Of a DNA stretch of 64,000 bases, positions 19,735 through 28,701 are shown piece by piece. Within the stretch, counting starts at the first letter, position 1. Each line of letters begins with the position of its first letter. Origin of the DNA: an uncultured Gammaproteobacteria bacterium (GTDB lineage Bacteria; Patescibacteriota; Microgenomatia; UBA10105); the NCBI GenBank assembly GCA_964387625.1, contig CAYLWN010000001.1, forward strand, positions 35,560 through 99,559, in the 5' to 3' direction. A model generated the notes under the pieces. It ran no database searches. It was not told the DNA's origin and was given only the letters and a program-made list of their open reading frames with translations. Position numbers and translations under genes: made by a program.

Positions 19735-20550
19735 CTATTTTTTATCTATTAAAATCAAATCTGGTGATCTAACATTAAAACCATTTTCAAATAAATACTT
19801 TTTTGCCAAATAAACACTTTGATCAGTATATTGGAAAATATTTGCGGCTGCTATTGCATCAACTTTTGTTTTTGTCAAGGCTTCAGCGAAGTGACTCCAC
19901 TCACCAACTCCGCCACAAGCTATAATCGGGATTTTAACGCAATCTGCGACTTCTTTAATTAAGTGTATGTCATAACCATTTTTGACACCGTCTCTATCTA
20001 CAGAATTTAATAGTATTTCTCCGGCGCCAAAATTTTCGACAGTTTTTGCCCAATCAACAGGATTATAGCATGTTGGTTTAAGACCGTATTCAGACATAAC
20101 GATGTATTTATTATTAATTTTTTTTACATCGATTGAAACTACTATGCATTGTGATCCGAATTCATGTGCAGATTCGGATATAAATTTAGGTTTTTTCAAA
20201 GCTATCGTATTGATAGAAATTTTATCTGCCCCCTTCTTAAGTCTGATTTCAATATCGTTTAAATTTTTTATTCCACCTCCGACCGTAATTGGCATCAAGG
20301 CAACCTTAGAGACGTCATTTATAATATCTAAGAAATTATTTCTATTGGGGTTGTGAATATCATTACGTCGTAGGTCATAATTTTTATTTCTAGATATATC
20401 TAAATATATTAACTCGTCAGCAGCCCATTCACTCAATCGTTTGACTGAAGTTACAGGGTTGCCTAAATTTTGGAAACGTTTAAATTGCTTACTTTGAACC
20501 AACCAACCGTTCTTTAATAGAAGTACAGGTACCAAGCGCTTTTTCTTCAT
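19735..20550 (-). CDS. HisF-like cyclase subunit (WbuZ family) of the sugar amidotransferase system
   Basis: The N-terminus 'RLVPVLLLKNGWLVQSKQFKRF...GNPV' matches the HisF (beta/alpha)8 N-terminus. 'ADELIYLDI' and 'GGGI' blocks are also present. Confidence 0.65.
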   Translation of the reverse strand: MKKKRLVPVLLLKNGWLVQSKQFKRFQNLGNPVTSVKRLSEWAADELIYLDISRNKNYDLRRNDIHNPNRNNFLDIINDVSKVALMPITVGGGIKNLNDIEIRLKKGADKISINTIALKKPKFISESAHEFGSQCIVVSIDVKKINNKYIVMSEYGLKPTCYNPVDWAKTVENFGAGEILLNSVDRDGVKNGYDIHLIKEVADCVKIPIIACGGVGEWSHFAEALTKTKVDAIAAANIFQYTDQSVYLAKKYLFENGFNVRSPDLILIDKK

Positions 20551-21161
20551 AAATTTAGGAAATTATATAAAAGCATTTGTCCGGCTTTTTGGCTTTTTTC
20601 TGGATGGAATTGAACACCGTAAATATTATCCATATTAATAATAGCTGCGAAATTATTTCCATAGTTTGTTTGAGCAATCAAATTTTTTTTATTTTTTGGT
20701 TGAAATACAAAACTATGGACAAAATAAAAATCAAGAGTCTTAAATTGTTTAGTTAATGGTGAGGTTTGTATGACTTCTATATTATTCCAACCGATATGAG
20801 GTAATGGAAGGAATCCTGAATCCAATTTTTTTACTTCTCCCGGAATCCACCCTAGTCCAGTAGTGATTTCAAATTCATATCCTTTATTGGCTAGTACCTG
20901 CATTCCAACGCAAATACCTAAAAAAGGTTTTTTATCTGTAAAAACAGCTTTTTCTAAATGAGTCATAGGGATTAACTGATGGATCTTTCGCATTGCCGCT
21001 GCATATGCGCCAACGCCAGGTAAAATCAAATGAGTAGCATTTTCAATATCACGGGTTTGGTTTGAAATAGTAACATTAGGGTTTAATGTTGTTGCTAAAT
21101 TAAATACAGATTTTACATTACCTGATCCATAGTCCAGAATGCAAATACTAATTTTTTTCAT
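20547..21161 (-). CDS. HisH-like glutamine amidotransferase subunit (WbuY family)
   Basis: 'ISICILDYGSGNVKSV', 'LILPGVGAY', 'PFLGICVGMQVL' with the catalytic Cys, and 'HSF'/'QFHPEKS' with the catalytic His. This is the class I GATase triad. Confidence 0.7.
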   Translation of the reverse strand: MKKISICILDYGSGNVKSVFNLATTLNPNVTISNQTRDIENATHLILPGVGAYAAAMRKIHQLIPMTHLEKAVFTDKKPFLGICVGMQVLANKGYEFEITTGLGWIPGEVKKLDSGFLPLPHIGWNNIEVIQTSPLTKQFKTLDFYFVHSFVFQPKNKKNLIAQTNYGNNFAAIINMDNIYGVQFHPEKSQKAGQMLLYNFLNL

Positions 21162-21293
21162 AACAGCTATTTTTATACAGTCTTAGGTATAGGTAATTAT
21201 AAATTTTGGTTTATAAATTCTGAAGTTTTTAAAAACCAATAATTATATTAATAGTATTATCTACGGTGTTAATAATTTATATAAAAACATATT

Positions 21294-22301
21294 TTATCCC
21301 TTTTTTATTCCAGATGCAGAGTAATATTCTCGGGTTTGCATAGCTTGTTCAAGTAATTTACCTGGTGTATAAAACCTATCACCTAAAATTACACGATCCA
21401 ATATCGGCTTATTATTTTTATCTACTAATTTATTTATTATAAGAGAGCCTTCATTACAAGCGACAAATAAGGAATTTGAATTAATTCGGTATATGATACC
21501 AGTTTGAAAAGGATGAAATTTACCGTCAGTTGTAATACAATAACAATCTTTAATCCTGACTAATTTTCCGTTTAAAAATGTCATAGCACCAGGATAAGGA
21601 TCATCAAAGGCGCAAATGAAACTTTCAATATCAAAAAGTGTCCAACTCCAGTCGATGTATGCGTGTTTATTGGTTGCTAGTCTTGGCCAGTAACTGCTGA
21701 AATATTCAGTTTGTGAAATATGTTTAAATTCGTTATTTTTCTCTATTTTTTTAATAAATGACCCAATAAATTTTAGGTATTGATTCGTAGAAAATTTTTG
21801 AAAATCTAAAGAAATACGACAAAAGGCAGGAAATACATATTCTTCGTAATATACGATATCTCCGGTATCTACTCCGTCGTCAATTAAATGAATTAGGTTA
21901 AATCCTTGCCGGTCTTTCCGTAATATTCTCCAGGAGAATCCACCGCCACCTCTGTCCTGAGGAAGTTTACTACCATGTAGATTAATTAATCTAGAATTAA
22001 ATTTTCTAATAAAACTTGATTTAAAAATCCAAGCAGCTCCTATTGAAATACCTAAAGTAGTTGGAGTGATAATTTCATCAATAATTTTATTATTTAAATT
22101 GGATAATGAAATGTAAGGAATTTTATTCTTATTTAATAATGTGGCTAAAGTAATTCCTATATCAGGAAGGATTTCATTAACGTGTCGTGGGCTGGTGACA
22201 ACAGTAATTTTTTTTTCTTGTTTAGTTAGGGTAATTGCCAATTCACCCAATAATTTTCCGCCGCCAAGAAGTAAATAATGGTCAATTTTTCCAAATCGCA
22301 T
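21294..22301 (-). CDS. formyltransferase-fold protein (Fmt/PurN/ArnA-N-like; putative sugar N-formyl/acyl transferase)
   Basis: 'INLHGSKLPQDRGGG' corresponds to the N-x-H...SLLP..RG catalytic loop. 'LIHLIDDGVDTGDIV' corresponds to the H..D.G.DTG.I motif. There is an Fmt-like C-terminal domain. Confidence 0.5.
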   Translation of the reverse strand: MRFGKIDHYLLLGGGKLLGELAITLTKQEKKITVVTSPRHVNEILPDIGITLATLLNKNKIPYISLSNLNNKIIDEIITPTTLGISIGAAWIFKSSFIRKFNSRLINLHGSKLPQDRGGGGFSWRILRKDRQGFNLIHLIDDGVDTGDIVYYEEYVFPAFCRISLDFQKFSTNQYLKFIGSFIKKIEKNNEFKHISQTEYFSSYWPRLATNKHAYIDWSWTLFDIESFICAFDDPYPGAMTFLNGKLVRIKDCYCITTDGKFHPFQTGIIYRINSNSLFVACNEGSLIINKLVDKNNKPILDRVILGDRFYTPGKLLEQAMQTREYYSASGIKKG

Positions 22302-22584
22302 AATTCAACTTTCCCGAACAGAAATTTGTCTGCCTTTAAGATAGGATTTAATCCGTACTATATCATAGTCTTTTAAAAAAAACATTTTTAATAACATTTT
22401 TTACAGTTGTTTTTCTAGCCTTTTTTATAATCTAATTTTGTTTTGTTTCCCAATTTCAGAAGATATTAAGTACTCCAATAATCAAAATAAATAGATTCCT
22501 GGTTATTAAATAAAATACAACATTAACAACGAAGTTGTTGATTAATAAAATTAATTTAGAATTTTTAACGGCGTAAACAATTAA

Positions 22585-23895
22585 TTATGTGAGGCGAAAA
22601 AATCCTTTATGAGCAGAAGTGCTTTTTAGATGGCTTTCGATATTGTTTTCTTTTATATATTTAGATAATAGTGAAAAAGTAGTATCCAAATGTTTAAGAT
22701 AATTATTTATATGGTTAACTTTATGAGCATATGAAACGTAAAATGCATTAGTTACCAAAAAACCCTTTTCAAGCATGATCTGGATCATCAGTGTTTTTAT
22801 TGCCTGACTATTTGGATAATTAAATTCAAAATGACTTAGAGGATAAATACCGCTAATTGTGATATTAATGTGATTTTTGGATGCAATTTTACGCCATCCA
22901 TTCTGAACAAATTTACCAATTTTATTTATATAAGGAATTATTTTTTTTGTTTTAATAAATTTTATAGTTGCTAAAGCAGTTGTTGGTCCACATCTGTCTG
23001 TCCAAAAAGTGCTGCTAATAAACGAGTCCTGAGCTGCATTCATAAAACTAGATTTTCCTATAATAGCTGCCATGGGAAAACCATTGCTAATAGCTTTTCC
23101 TAAAACAGCAATATCCGGATTAATGTCTAATTTCAAATGGGCGCCTCCCAAACTTAATCTGAATCCAGCAGTAACTTCATCAAAAATTAAAGCGACACCA
23201 TATTTTTGGGTCCGAGATCTGATGGTGGTTAGAAAATCCTTATTGGGATAAGTATTTCGAATAGGTTCCATCACTACTGCTGCCAAATCTTTTTTTAGTT
23301 GATCAAATTTTTGAGTGAATTCTAATAAATTATTATAAGTAAACGGTACAGCGGTTCCAAGAAGACTACGAGGAACACCCTTAGATTCAAGACCAGGTAA
23401 TAAATGATCATCAAGAGCTTTGTCGTTATTTAAATTAGCTGCCAAATACCAGTCATGCCAACCATGGTAACCGCAAAAAAGGATTTTGTCTTTACCAGTT
23501 GCAGCACGAGCAATTCTTACTGCAATAGCCATTGCTTCACCACCGGTTCGGCTATAACGCACTTGTTGTGCCCAAGGATGAAGTTTAATAAGTAACTTAG
23601 CCAATTCAACTTCTTCCGGATTATTGAGAGTACACATATTTCCTTTGTTAATTGCATTTAACGCTGCGTTGTCAATCTCTTTATTAGCATATCCAATAAT
23701 ACTCGCGCCTATGCCCATATAGCTCATATCAAAATAATGTCGACCATCTAAATCCCAAACCTCACATCCTTTTGCTCTTGAATAATATGCAGGCCAAAGA
23801 TCCGGTAAAAACATTTCAGGACGTTTGGATAAAAGCTGAGTACCTCCGGGAATAATTTGTTTTGCAATTTTATATAAACGTTGTGATTTGTCCAT
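22585..23895 (-). CDS. class III PLP aminotransferase, glutamate-1-semialdehyde aminomutase-like
   Basis: N-terminal 'IPGGTQLLSKRPEMFLP...P.YYSRAKGCEVWDLDGRHYFD', with a 'YSRTGGEAM' block. 436 aa. Confidence 0.6.
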   Translation of the reverse strand: MDKSQRLYKIAKQIIPGGTQLLSKRPEMFLPDLWPAYYSRAKGCEVWDLDGRHYFDMSYMGIGASIIGYANKEIDNAALNAINKGNMCTLNNPEEVELAKLLIKLHPWAQQVRYSRTGGEAMAIAVRIARAATGKDKILFCGYHGWHDWYLAANLNNDKALDDHLLPGLESKGVPRSLLGTAVPFTYNNLLEFTQKFDQLKKDLAAVVMEPIRNTYPNKDFLTTIRSRTQKYGVALIFDEVTAGFRLSLGGAHLKLDINPDIAVLGKAISNGFPMAAIIGKSSFMNAAQDSFISSTFWTDRCGPTTALATIKFIKTKKIIPYINKIGKFVQNGWRKIASKNHINITISGIYPLSHFEFNYPNSQAIKTLMIQIMLEKGFLVTNAFYVSYAHKVNHINNYLKHLDTTFSLLSKYIKENNIESHLKSTSAHKGFFRLT

Positions 23896-23904
23896 GAATT
23901 AATC

Positions 23905-24675
23905 CTAAATAACAACTTTCTTATCTAATTTAAGAGATTTTTGATAGCCAATATTTCTAGAGATATATTTATTAATATTTTCCAGTTCCGGGTGTTTTTG
24001 AATGAATTTGATTATATCACTTATGCTAAAATACGGTTTTATATTATATAATCCTTGGTAGATTTTTTTAATAAATTTATAATCTTCCGGATAATCAAGT
24101 GTCCACCTTTTGTTTGAAAGGTCGATAGAGTTTTTAAAATCAAAAATTGAGAACAATTTTGGATGTTTATAAATAAAAGACGTGACATGTTCACGTTCAG
24201 ACAATAATTTTGCTTTTTGCCAGGTTTTTTTTAAAGTTAAATAAGTCATAATTTCAATATCTTCACCATCCGGATAAGTAGGAGGCTGACTATTTGTAGA
24301 ATAATCATTTTTTTGTTTTTCATGGCATAATATCATTTGATCTACCAATTGAGGATCAATCAACGGGCAATCCGAAGTTATACGGATGATGTTTTGTAAT
24401 TGGAATAATCTGGCTGCTTGATAATAGCGATCTAAAACATCATTAGTTGATCCACAATAAACATGTGTTTGTAAATTAAAACAAATTTTCAAAATTTCCA
24501 GATCTTTTTTTTCAATTGTGGTTGCAATAATTAAGATAGAAGACTTTTTAACCCTATTAAGTCTTCTAATTATGTGTTCTAAAACAGTTTTTTTACAAAT
24601 TGGTAAAAGTATTTTATTCGGTAAACGAGTAGATCCGCATCTAGCCTGCACAACGATACCGTATTTATGTGACAT
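23905..24675 (-). CDS. CMP-sugar synthetase / cytidylyltransferase (SpsF/NeuA/KdsB family)
   Basis: N-terminal 'GIVVQARCGSTRLPNKIL' matches the SpsF-like 'QAR.GSTRLP.K' signature. Confidence 0.55.
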   Translation of the reverse strand: MSHKYGIVVQARCGSTRLPNKILLPICKKTVLEHIIRRLNRVKKSSILIIATTIEKKDLEILKICFNLQTHVYCGSTNDVLDRYYQAARLFQLQNIIRITSDCPLIDPQLVDQMILCHEKQKNDYSTNSQPPTYPDGEDIEIMTYLTLKKTWQKAKLLSEREHVTSFIYKHPKLFSIFDFKNSIDLSNKRWTLDYPEDYKFIKKIYQGLYNIKPYFSISDIIKFIQKHPELENINKYISRNIGYQKSLKLDKKVVI

Positions 24676-25642
24676 AATGTTTTGTATTTTTTATATTTAA
24701 AGCAATTCTTAATGTTTGTGAAGCTGATATAACTGAATTTAAGGTATTTCGTTTTTGTTTAACACAGTCCAGAAAATATTTGATTTCATCTATATACATT
24801 TGATTTAAATTATAAGATCTAGGTTCTTCAATCAATTGCCATTTCTTGGTGTTGTGGGAATAAATCTTTACTAAATGTTCTGAAAAATTCCATATGATTG
24901 TGCCTTTTTCGCCGATTATTTTACAATTTCGTGAATAATTATGTTGTAAATAGTCAAGGTGAATATTTACAATCGGGCCTGACTCGAATTTTAAAAGGAC
25001 ATCAGCTACGTCTTCAGTGTCAATATCTAATTTAGATACCTTACCATACATAGATATTTGTTTAATTATTTTTCCAAAAAACCAAATTGCATAATCGAGT
25101 TCATGAATTCCATCAAGAATAATACCGCCTCCCATTATTTTTTGCGCAGAATATGTTTTTCGATAATTGTTTTTTCTCCATTCGGGTAAGTACGAACCTG
25201 ATTCAATATGTGCTGCGTATAATTTACCAATTATTTTCTTTGAGATTAACTCTTTAATCTTACGTATTGCCCAGTAATAACGCATATTACATCCAACCAT
25301 AGTTGTTAAATTTTTATCATCTATTATTGTTAATAATCTTTTTATACTCTTTAAATTGTTTGATAAAGGTTTTTCAATAAAAATGTGGCAACCCATATGA
25401 GCAGCTTTAATAGCATATGATATATGTGTATAAGTTGGAGTATTTATAAAAACTATGTTAGGTAATTGTTGCCAAATACTGTTTATCTTGTTGCAAAAAA
25501 CAACAGAAGGCAGTATTTTTTTAGCCTTAAAAATTTGTCCCTTGGAAGTATCAAAAATAATTACATCCCGATATCCAAGTTTTGATAAATTATTCAAATG
25601 TCGTAAACCTATTGAGCCTACACCAATTAGCGCTATTTTCAT
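24665..25642 (-). CDS. Gfo/Idh/MocA family NAD(P)-dependent oxidoreductase
   Basis: N-terminal 'KIALIGVGSIGLRH' Rossmann motif and an 'EKPL' block typical of the family. Confidence 0.6.
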   Translation of the reverse strand: MKIALIGVGSIGLRHLNNLSKLGYRDVIIFDTSKGQIFKAKKILPSVVFCNKINSIWQQLPNIVFINTPTYTHISYAIKAAHMGCHIFIEKPLSNNLKSIKRLLTIIDDKNLTTMVGCNMRYYWAIRKIKELISKKIIGKLYAAHIESGSYLPEWRKNNYRKTYSAQKIMGGGIILDGIHELDYAIWFFGKIIKQISMYGKVSKLDIDTEDVADVLLKFESGPIVNIHLDYLQHNYSRNCKIIGEKGTIIWNFSEHLVKIYSHNTKKWQLIEEPRSYNLNQMYIDEIKYFLDCVKQKRNTLNSVISASQTLRIALNIKNTKHYVT

Positions 25643-25774
25643 ATTTTTCTGGTTATTAGTTAAATAACTAAAAAGTATATATTGAGTAAAAATTTATATA
25701 TTAAAATTAACTAATAAAAAAATAACTATTGTATAGAACTTGAGATTAGGCCTATTGTATGCTACATTCATACC

Positions 25775-26764
25775 ATGTTTAACTGGTCAAAACAAGTAAT
25801 TCTATTAACAGGAGGTACTGGTTCGTTTGGACAAGCATTCACTAAAACTGTATTAAAACTACATCCACCAAAAAGTTTACGGATTTATAGTCGGGATGAA
25901 TATAAACAATTCGAAATGGAAAAAATAATTTCTCATCCGCATGTAAGATATTTAATTGGTGATGTAAGAGATAAAGATAGATTACAAAGAGCTATGGATG
26001 GCGTAACCCTTGTTATTCATGCAGCCGCGATGAAACAAATAGAGGCTTGTGAATACAATCCCACTGAAGCAATTAAAACCAATATAAACGGAAGTATGAA
26101 TGTAATAGAAACCGCTTTAAATGCAAATGTGGAAAAAGTAATGGGCATAATTACAGATAAAGCTGTATCTCCTGTTAATTTATATGGAGCTACTAAATTG
26201 TGTATGGAAAAACTTATGATACAAGGAAATGTTTATACAGGTAAAAATAAAACTACTATCAGTTGTGTTAGATATGGAAACGTTGCGGGAAGCAGAGGGA
26301 GCGTAATTCCGGTTTTCATAAAACAAAAAGAAAACGGAAAATTCACCGTAACTCATAAAGACATGACTAGGTTTTGGATTACTTTAGAAGAAGCAGTGGC
26401 ATTTGTTATATCATCTATTGAAAAAATGAAAGGTGGGGAAGTATTTATTCCCAAAATGCCAAGTTTTAAAATTATAGATTTAGTTAAAGCAATAGATTCT
26501 AAAGTAAAAATACAATATATAGGAGTTAGATCCGGAGAAAAAATTCATGAGGATTTGGTATCGCAACACGAATCAAGAAATATTGCAGAGTTTAAAAATT
26601 ATTATATTCTATCACCTGATTTTGAATTTTGGAATGATAATAAAAAAACAAATAATAATGGAAATAATAAGGTTATTGTTAATTTTTCCTATAATAGTGG
26701 TAATAATAAATTTTTTCTTACAGTTAAGCAACTAGAAAAACAAATAAGTAATCTTCTTGTATGA
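25775..26764 (+). CDS. pseB: UDP-GlcNAc inverting 4,6-dehydratase PseB (FlaA1 family)
   Basis: Near-collinear match to the remembered PseB/FlaA1 sequence: 'ILLTGGTGSFGQAF...YSRDEYKQFEME...RYLIGDVRDKDRL..AM.GV..VIHAAAMKQIEACEYNPTEAIKTNINGS.NVIE.AL...VEKV..I.TDKA.SPVNLYGATKLC.EKL....N.....KT..S.VRYGNV.GSRGSVIP.F...K......T...MTRFWITL'. Confidence 0.8.
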   Translation: MFNWSKQVILLTGGTGSFGQAFTKTVLKLHPPKSLRIYSRDEYKQFEMEKIISHPHVRYLIGDVRDKDRLQRAMDGVTLVIHAAAMKQIEACEYNPTEAIKTNINGSMNVIETALNANVEKVMGIITDKAVSPVNLYGATKLCMEKLMIQGNVYTGKNKTTISCVRYGNVAGSRGSVIPVFIKQKENGKFTVTHKDMTRFWITLEEAVAFVISSIEKMKGGEVFIPKMPSFKIIDLVKAIDSKVKIQYIGVRSGEKIHEDLVSQHESRNIAEFKNYYILSPDFEFWNDNKKTNNNGNNKVIVNFSYNSGNNKFFLTVKQLEKQISNLLV

Positions 26765-28647
26765 ATACAACGGTAATACTCACCTCTTCTGATTCAGAAG
26801 TTAAATTTGCAATTTCATACCAAAAATCAAATGCTGATAAAAAAGTAATTATTTTAACACCAACTTTAACAGGACAAAAACTATTACGTAATTTAGGATT
26901 AAATTATTTTGATTATTTTAAATATGGTCACGTGAGCCATTCAGATTATTATCAAAAATATTTTTGGAATTTTGAAATTAAAGTAACTTATTTGGTACAA
27001 AAAGTTTTAAAAAATCTTGTAGCAAGATTTCCAGATTTTAAAAAATGGATTTTACCAAATCAGGATTGGTTAGAATTAGTTTATTTAGAAGTATTGGATA
27101 CTTATCAATACTGGCTTTCAATTAATAAATTATTACCCGGATCCCATTATTTGAAATTTTATTATCATAATAAAATACGTACTGACATATATTATCCCTA
27201 TCAAAGTCAAATGCAAATATTATCAATGTTCGTTCCCAAACATAGAATAACTATTATTGATAAACATAATTTTTTAGAAAAAATTATTAAAATATTTATA
27301 AATCTCTACATTTATATTCAGATTATTCCCAACTTATTGATTAATGTTAATACAATAATACACCGATTAATTACTAATTATTTAACTGATAAAAAATTAT
27401 ATAAAACAGATATTTTGATATATTCTGCAGGTAGAAATCTTCTTTATTATGAAAGTTTAATCAAATTACTAAATAAAGAAAAAATATACAAAGGAATTCA
27501 AATTCTTACTGGTTTTCAAACTATCGAAGATGAAGTTGTATTGAATAATACAGGTTTTAAATATATTTCTGCAAATAATGTTATTCCTAACGAATTTAAC
27601 AAGAAAAAGGATAATCTTAAAAAGAAGTTAATAAGTCGCCTTAAGAATATATATACCAGCTATGATTACTCAACCTGTTTAAGTGGTTTTCCAAAATTAG
27701 TTGAAGAAATTTTAATATCAAAGACAAAAGAAGTATTAATTACAAATATTTCAAAAATTATTTCTCAAACAGATATAGCTGAATATTCAATCAAGATGAT
27801 AAAACCACGACTATTGATTACAACTCACGATCCAGGTCCTACTGCATTGCCATTTGTGTTAGCGGCAAAAAAAATGAAAATAAAATCATTATTATTAATG
27901 CATGGATGGCAAAATACACTTATTGGGAATAGATATTATAGTGATTATATTGTTGTTTGGGGAAAATATATAGCTAAATGGTATAAAAAAAGATTAAGGT
28001 ATAATCCAAAAAAAATATTAGCAATAGGATATCCTGCTTTAGATAAATATTTTAAAAATAAGCAGGCTTTTTGGAAAAAAAGACAAATTCTTCCTACGTT
28101 CAAACAAAAAACCAATTTGGGATTGTTATTAACAATGTATTTACCAAACACAGCATTATTATCAAAATTTCTTACTGAACTATTTTGTGAATTAAGAAAC
28201 AATCACAATTTTATTATTAACATCAGACTTCATCCAGGGCAACCCTCTGATGGATTTAAAACACTGGCAAAAGAATTTGGTATAAACGCTAGATTTGGTC
28301 AATCTGTGACTCTTGATAATTTTATTAAAAATAATGATTTTTTGTTGGTTTGGGATACCACCGCAATTATTTGGTGTATGATTTATGGTAAACCATTGTT
28401 TTATTGTGCTCCCAATTGGGGTTTGGGTATAACGCCGATAAATAAATTTGGCGGAGCTTGGTTGGTTAATAGTCCTTCTGATTTATTGATTAAAATTGAA
28501 AATTATATAAAAAATCCAAAAATTATATATAAGTTACATAAAAAGCAAAAAATTTTTTTAAAAAATATAATGGGAATAATTGATGGATCTTCATCAAAAA
28601 GACATAAAAATTTAATTCTAAATTTACTAAAAAGATCTAAATATTAA
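26761..28647 (+). CDS. large hypothetical protein (628 aa), candidate GT-B-like glycosyltransferase; function unknown
   Basis: ATGA-coupled to pseB. No family recognised by eye. The C-terminal half contains 'IINIRLHPGQ', a possible HP motif like CMP-sugar-dependent GT-B enzymes and KpsC/KpsS-like transferases. Confidence 0.35.
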   Translation: MNTTVILTSSDSEVKFAISYQKSNADKKVIILTPTLTGQKLLRNLGLNYFDYFKYGHVSHSDYYQKYFWNFEIKVTYLVQKVLKNLVARFPDFKKWILPNQDWLELVYLEVLDTYQYWLSINKLLPGSHYLKFYYHNKIRTDIYYPYQSQMQILSMFVPKHRITIIDKHNFLEKIIKIFINLYIYIQIIPNLLINVNTIIHRLITNYLTDKKLYKTDILIYSAGRNLLYYESLIKLLNKEKIYKGIQILTGFQTIEDEVVLNNTGFKYISANNVIPNEFNKKKDNLKKKLISRLKNIYTSYDYSTCLSGFPKLVEEILISKTKEVLITNISKIISQTDIAEYSIKMIKPRLLITTHDPGPTALPFVLAAKKMKIKSLLLMHGWQNTLIGNRYYSDYIVVWGKYIAKWYKKRLRYNPKKILAIGYPALDKYFKNKQAFWKKRQILPTFKQKTNLGLLLTMYLPNTALLSKFLTELFCELRNNHNFIINIRLHPGQPSDGFKTLAKEFGINARFGQSVTLDNFIKNNDFLLVWDTTAIIWCMIYGKPLFYCAPNWGLGITPINKFGGAWLVNSPSDLLIKIENYIKNPKIIYKLHKKQKIFLKNIMGIIDGSSSKRHKNLILNLLKRSKY

Positions 28648-28701
28648 TTTTTTTAAAACTTTTCGATAAATAAAAGTGAATATAACTTTAGGATCTTTTC
28701 A

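Noticed and set aside
28648-28701. Possible hairpin 'actttt-cgataaat-aaaagt' between the convergent 628-aa gene and the second C-methyltransferase.
   Set aside because: The stem is only 6 bp and purely A/T, with no adjacent U-run on either strand. It is indistinguishable from chance in this composition.
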